Shown one piece after another: positions 38,856-43,328 of a DNA stretch of 43,328 nucleotides. Source of the DNA: Candidatus Yonathbacteria bacterium (lineage in GTDB: Bacteria > Patescibacteriota > Minisyncoccia > Phycocordibacterales > JACNGX01). The position numbers and the translations under genes are program-made. The stretch's first letter is position 1, and every line of letters begins with the position of its first letter. A model generated the notes under the pieces. It worked only from the letters and a program-made list of their open reading frames with translations, made no database searches and was not told where the DNA came from. The DNA lies in assembly GCA_013334825.1 (NCBI GenBank), contig JAAXWR010000001.1, positions 406,731 to 450,058 on the forward strand, written 5' to 3'.

Positions 38856-39078
38856 TTTCGTGAAACAATGCAAACGACGAGTTATCCACATCCCACAAGG
38901 CAAATATTCGTTTCACGAACATCCGCTGCGTGGGACTGTGGAATCAAGAATTGAGAAGTAAGAATGAAAAATATGAAAAGGCGCGCTCCGCGCGCCCAGT
39001 AGAGACGCAGCATCATAAGCGTTAAACTCACTCTTGTGTCTATACAATAAATATGTTATTACTGTTTTAGTTACTGAT

Positions 39079-39492
39079 ATGTTTCACTCAAAAAATAAAA
39101 CGCTCATGAATACAAGCATTGGATTCAAAAAGAATCATTCAATGTTGGAAGAATTAAGGTGGAATGACATCACCAGGATACAACATACAAATCGTGTAGA
39201 TTTTTTGGGAAATATTTCCATTCCTCTCGGGCACATCTACACGAAGATAGTGGAGATACTCCATATTTCAGAGGGGGAAATCGACATTGCAAGATTTATA
39301 AAAGGATTCAGCACATATCTCGAAAACTACGGATATGGATATCTCGGCATCACAACAGCTTTGAGCAGTTGCCCCCTTTGGATTGCTGAGGATCAACTCT
39401 CCTGGTTCTTAAGAATATATGCACCAAACATATCCGACGAGCAGTATCAAGCGATTATGAAAGAGGCTTGCGGTGGATATATCAATATGTGA
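39079..39492 (+). CDS. Hypothetical protein, paralog of 40529-40916
   Basis: KKNHSMLEELR and PLGHIYTKIVE; start uncertain (39079 or 39106); hairpin AAAACCGGC-ATA-GCCGGTTTT after the stop. Confidence 0.7.
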   Translation: MFHSKNKTLMNTSIGFKKNHSMLEELRWNDITRIQHTNRVDFLGNISIPLGHIYTKIVEILHISEGEIDIARFIKGFSTYLENYGYGYLGITTALSSCPLWIAEDQLSWFLRIYAPNISDEQYQAIMKEACGGYINM

Positions 39493-39637
39493 AAACCGGC
39501 ATAGCCGGTTTTTTATTATCTACACATAAAAATATTGAACATATATAAAAAACTTTTTAAGACATGTCCTTGCATTCATGTACAAAACACGCTATAACAT
39601 CATCAGTCTGTAATCTCAAAAACTAAATATTCCCATT

Positions 39638-40435
39638 ATGTCAACCGAAAGAACTCTCATCCTTGTCGCTGCAACAGTAGGCGCAAAACCTCTTCTCCGC
39701 TACATTAAAGAGCGGGTGAATCCGAAACAATTTGACGAAGTAGAAATCCTCCCTATGGATACATCTGCTATCAAATATGCAGTACCTCCTCCTACGGAGA
39801 TAACTTCTCTGCAATATGCAGAAAGGTATGCACTCATACTTGCAGAAGAAGCTCATCGGCGAGCAATTCCGTTTTGCTCTGAAGATGCGACGATTATCTC
39901 AGTTGCGACGAAAGCACAACGCTTCAGCATGCTTAATCCGCGAGCGCAAAGAGAAGGATGTGAAATGTTTTCACCACAATCCTTTGAGGAAGTACTGAAG
40001 TTTTGGGAGAAATATCTCTATGATGGATTTTCTCTCCATGTCGGCATACATACATCGAAAAAAGTTCTACAGAGAATAGGAGAATCAAAAAGTATGGAGT
40101 ATGACTCTCTTTGTCTCCGTGATGATATGCGGGATGATATCTTCTTTCGTATGTTTCTTATGTCACAAATGTTTTTTTGTGGATTTAATGATTCAGGACC
40201 GGATGCTCCTTTTAACGAAGGGTACTTCAAACACTTACTCTATTCGCATCCAATCCCTGATGTTGATGCCAACATCCTTTCCATGCGTCTTGTGACATGG
40301 ATACTTTCGGATTTACTTTCTCCTGATGCATTTATCCAATATACTGAGAAAGAAGTCGGTGAAAAGTTATGGGAACTTGCCTCACTCGAACGCCACTGGA
40401 CATGGAAAAAGCTACACGGAAAAACCGCTGAATAA
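39638..40435 (+). CDS. Hypothetical protein, possibly a degenerate Maf/ITPase-like fold
   Basis: 265-aa ORF; TTGCAT-N17-TATAAC upstream; loose resemblance to the Maf motif order. Confidence 0.6.
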   Translation: MSTERTLILVAATVGAKPLLRYIKERVNPKQFDEVEILPMDTSAIKYAVPPPTEITSLQYAERYALILAEEAHRRAIPFCSEDATIISVATKAQRFSMLNPRAQREGCEMFSPQSFEEVLKFWEKYLYDGFSLHVGIHTSKKVLQRIGESKSMEYDSLCLRDDMRDDIFFRMFLMSQMFFCGFNDSGPDAPFNEGYFKHLLYSHPIPDVDANILSMRLVTWILSDLLSPDAFIQYTEKEVGEKLWELASLERHWTWKKLHGKTAE

Positions 40436-40528
40436 CCAGCGGTTTTTGTTTTATCTAATCACTTGCACAATGCCTCAATTTCAGGTACTGTCATGCCAGT
40501 CTTGCAAAACAACCGAACAAAAGATTAC

Positions 40529-40916
40529 CATGCCCTATACAAAGAAAAATCATTCTATGCTTGAGGAACTACGAATCTTTGAGAAAGAGATACGGGAAAG
40601 AAATTTCAAAGAAACACCGGTGCCCATCGGACACATCTACACAAAGATCGTTGAGGTCTTTAATGTTCAAGATCCAAATATTCAGACCTTCATTATGGAG
40701 ATAAATGCAGTTCTGATTCGATTTGGATTCAATGAACAATACATGAAAGATGCGCACGCAACCATTCATCCACAGATTACCCACGCATTACTTCCTTATT
40801 TCTTGCGTAAAAAATTCCCCAGTGCAAGAAATATTCAGCTCGACATTATTATAAATGAAGCTGTAGGGGTTCCCATGAACACACTTTCAATATTAACGCT
40901 ATTGAAAAAAGCGTAA
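40529..40916 (+). CDS. Hypothetical protein, paralog of 39079-39492
   Basis: MPYTKKNHSMLEELR, PIGHIYTKIVE; hairpin ATCCGGCA-CG-TGCCGGAT at the stop. Confidence 0.7.
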
Positions 40917-40948
40917 TCCGGCACGTGCCGGATTTTTATTTTTTCTTC

Positions 40949-42418
40949 TCACTCCCGTGGGCGAAGTGTTGGGAAAAGAATCGCTTCGCGAATGTTACGC
41001 GTCCCCGTGGCAAGCATAACGAGACGGTCAATCCCCACTCCCACACCCCCCGCAGGAGGCATACCATGTTCCATCGCTTCTAAGAATTCTTCATCTTTGG
41101 GTGAAATATCTTCATCACCGCCAGTGCGTTTTATTTCTTGTTCTTCAAAACGAGCACGTTGTTCAAGAGGGTCATTTAATTCAGAAAATGCATTTACAAT
41201 TTCAAGCCCCCCAATAACCAGCTGAAAACGGTCAATCATTGACGGATCATTTTCTTTTTCTTTCGCAAACGGGGAAAACGCCTTTGGATACTCTACAAGG
41301 AATGTTGGCGCAGATAGATGTGGACGACAACATTTCTTATAAATACCATCCAGTATTTTTTCACGTCCCTCACCCTTTTTTACCACCACACCAGATTCAT
41401 GTGCTTTGGCAAGGAGCGCGTCTTCGGGCATACCAAATGGATCATCCATGTCAGCGTATTCGGCAAACAGTTCTTTAAATGATATAACGGCAAACGGCTC
41501 TGCCAAAGAAATAGTTTCCTCTTCATGGACAATGTCTGATGTACCCATCACCGACATCATCACTGTACGTATGAGTTGTTCAACATATGCCATTTGACTT
41601 GTTGCGTCCGCATACGCTTCATAAAACTCAAGCATGGTAAACTCAGGATTGTGTGTTACATCAATCCCTTCATTACGAAAATTACGACCAATTTCATATA
41701 CTTTTGGATATCCACCAATCAATAATTGTTTGAGATAAAGTTCTGGCGCGATACGCAAATACATATCCGTATCGAGGGCGTTGTGGTGAGTGATAAATGG
41801 TTGCGCAAGTGCTCCTCCTGCAAGTGATTGAAGCATCGGTGTCTCTACTTCCATATATCCTGTATCATCAAGAAAACGTCGAAGCGCGGAAACAAGACGC
41901 GCGCGCGTTTCAAAACGCTTTTTCACTTCAGGAGAGGATAGGGTATCGAGATATCGTTTACGAAAACGCTCTTCGGTATCCTTGAGTCCATGCCATTTGT
42001 CAGGAAGTGGTCGAAGTGACTTCGCAAGCATCTTCCAAGAAGCCGCCTCGATACTTTTTTCACCACGTTGAGAAAGCGCAAGGATTCCCGTGCAGGCAAT
42101 CATATCACCAATATCAACAGTCTCTGCAAAAAGAGCAAAATCATCCGTTTGCATGTTGTCGTGTTTAACAAGGACTTGTATATGTCCACTTCCATCATCA
42201 ATATCCGCAAACATAAGCTTTCCTTGCCCACGAAGTGCCATGACACGTCCCGCAAGTGTGATTGTGCGTCCATCACCTGTGAGAACATCAAAATCATTAA
42301 CTGCTGTTGCGCAATCACATGTTCGTCCAGTATGAACAGGAAACGGATTGTGTCCCTTCGTTTTAATGATTTCGAGTTTTTTGAGGCGCTCTGCGCGGAG
42401 TTCTTCAAGGGAAGACAT
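40949..42418 (-). CDS. lysS: Lysine--tRNA ligase (class II)
   Basis: LRPLPDKWHGL, LRIAPELYLK, FRNEGID.THNPEF, GMPPAGGVGVGIDRL. Confidence 0.98.
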   Translation of the reverse strand: MSSLEELRAERLKKLEIIKTKGHNPFPVHTGRTCDCATAVNDFDVLTGDGRTITLAGRVMALRGQGKLMFADIDDGSGHIQVLVKHDNMQTDDFALFAETVDIGDMIACTGILALSQRGEKSIEAASWKMLAKSLRPLPDKWHGLKDTEERFRKRYLDTLSSPEVKKRFETRARLVSALRRFLDDTGYMEVETPMLQSLAGGALAQPFITHHNALDTDMYLRIAPELYLKQLLIGGYPKVYEIGRNFRNEGIDVTHNPEFTMLEFYEAYADATSQMAYVEQLIRTVMMSVMGTSDIVHEEETISLAEPFAVISFKELFAEYADMDDPFGMPEDALLAKAHESGVVVKKGEGREKILDGIYKKCCRPHLSAPTFLVEYPKAFSPFAKEKENDPSMIDRFQLVIGGLEIVNAFSELNDPLEQRARFEEQEIKRTGGDEDISPKDEEFLEAMEHGMPPAGGVGVGIDRLVMLATGTRNIREAILFPTLRPRE

Positions 42419-42603
42419 GGTAGTATGTAAGGAGATTAGTAGGTTAGGAAGTTAGGAGATAGAATATGGGGAGGTAAAAAATGGAAAACATATATCAACA
42501 TATCGGTTAACGATTGTTCCAGTATACCAGAAAATCTGGGAAGAAAAAGTGGCGGTGTCTTGAAAAATCAAGACACCGCCACTTTTATCGTTCTTGAAGA
42601 ACA

Positions 42604-43056
42604 TTAAGCTACTTGCTCAATAACATATGTCATTGTTCCTGCAGGACTTTCATACGAGACTTCGTCCCCTTTCTTATGTCCAAGAAGTGCGTTGCCAAGT
42701 GGTGACGCCACAGAAAATTTACCTGCGGCACTGTCTGCTTCTTCCGATTCAACAAGTGTCATTTCACGTATCGTGCCTTCTTTTTTCTTTTTTACAACAA
42801 TATGTGAACCAACGCGAATGACATCACTCTTCACATGCGTCATGACCTTTGCATCTTTTACAATTGCTTCAAGTTCAACGATGCGTTTTTCAATCTTTGC
42901 TTGATTGTCTCGTGCTTCATGGTATTCGGCATTCTCTGAAAGATCACCGAGTGATTTTGCATATTCAAGTTCGTCCGCAATTTCTTTACGACGTGTAGTC
43001 TTTAAATGAGCAAGTTCATTCTTCAATTCTTCAAGTTTTTCTTTGCTGAGTAACAT
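42604..43056 (-). CDS. greA: Transcription elongation factor GreA
   Basis: GDLSENAEYHEA, SVASPLGNALLG; start reassigned to MLLSK. Confidence 0.95.
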   Translation of the reverse strand: MLLSKEKLEELKNELAHLKTTRRKEIADELEYAKSLGDLSENAEYHEARDNQAKIEKRIVELEAIVKDAKVMTHVKSDVIRVGSHIVVKKKKEGTIREMTLVESEEADSAAGKFSVASPLGNALLGHKKGDEVSYESPAGTMTYVIEQVA

Positions 43057-43207
43057 AACGGATGAGGGCGTGGGCAAAAAACGCCCACGCCACTGAAAAT
43101 AAAGGATAATATAAGAAAACTGTATTCCCGAGGCACTTAGTATATGCCCGTCAGTACTGATGGAATAGTATACTACATATATATTAAAAAGCAATGCGCT
43201 CGGGTAA

Positions 43208-43328
43208 TGTGCACACACATATGGCGGTTTTCCAAACTGTAGCTAATATTCAAGGATGTGTGTCACTATGGCAACAACAATTAAAGAAGAGCGACTACGG
43301 TGGGTACTCCCTATCGTACGAAAAGAAG
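43208..43328 (+). mobile_element. Probable left end of an IS element; transposase ORF starts at 43268 and is cut by the window edge
   Basis: MATTIKEERLRWVLPIVRKE resembles, from recollection, N-termini of CPR IS481/IS3-type DDE transposases; TGT-starting candidate end at 43208. Confidence 0.45.

Noticed and set aside
38856-38921. parS-like half sites and one TTATCCACA DnaA box (38882-38890) as oriC or parS
   Set aside because: No full 16-bp parS palindrome and only a single perfect DnaA box

Overview
Bacterial chromosomal window that looks like Patescibacteria/CPR (inferred from a short IF-2, a truncated Rel, a five-gene pilin-like cluster and DUF4446-infB-rbfA). The housekeeping backbone (topA, rel, parB, ahpC, miaA, sod, infB, rbfA, gyrA, rpsA, rsmH, mraZ, lysS, greA) is interspersed with self-contained orphan genes, REP-like palindromes, five tRNAs, an OLD-family nuclease and the start of a probable IS. 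Two non-coding systems stand out. (1) At about 30.4-35.5 kb, tandem consensus promoters drive a ~310-nt structured leader and an array of small-gene cassettes. These are separated by nine spacer modules of conserved architecture (hairpin 1, hairpin 2, TGTTCTTT boxA-like motif, long hairpin 3, usually a small hairpin, RBS). The module halves assort independently, one module has a complete type III hammerhead ribozyme in place of hairpin 2, and one cassette appears to be non-coding. (2) All five tRNA genes are followed by a shared structured repeat scaffold that carries antisense, and often sense, copies of that particular tRNA's 3' end. All structures were read by eye; no folding or database search was run.
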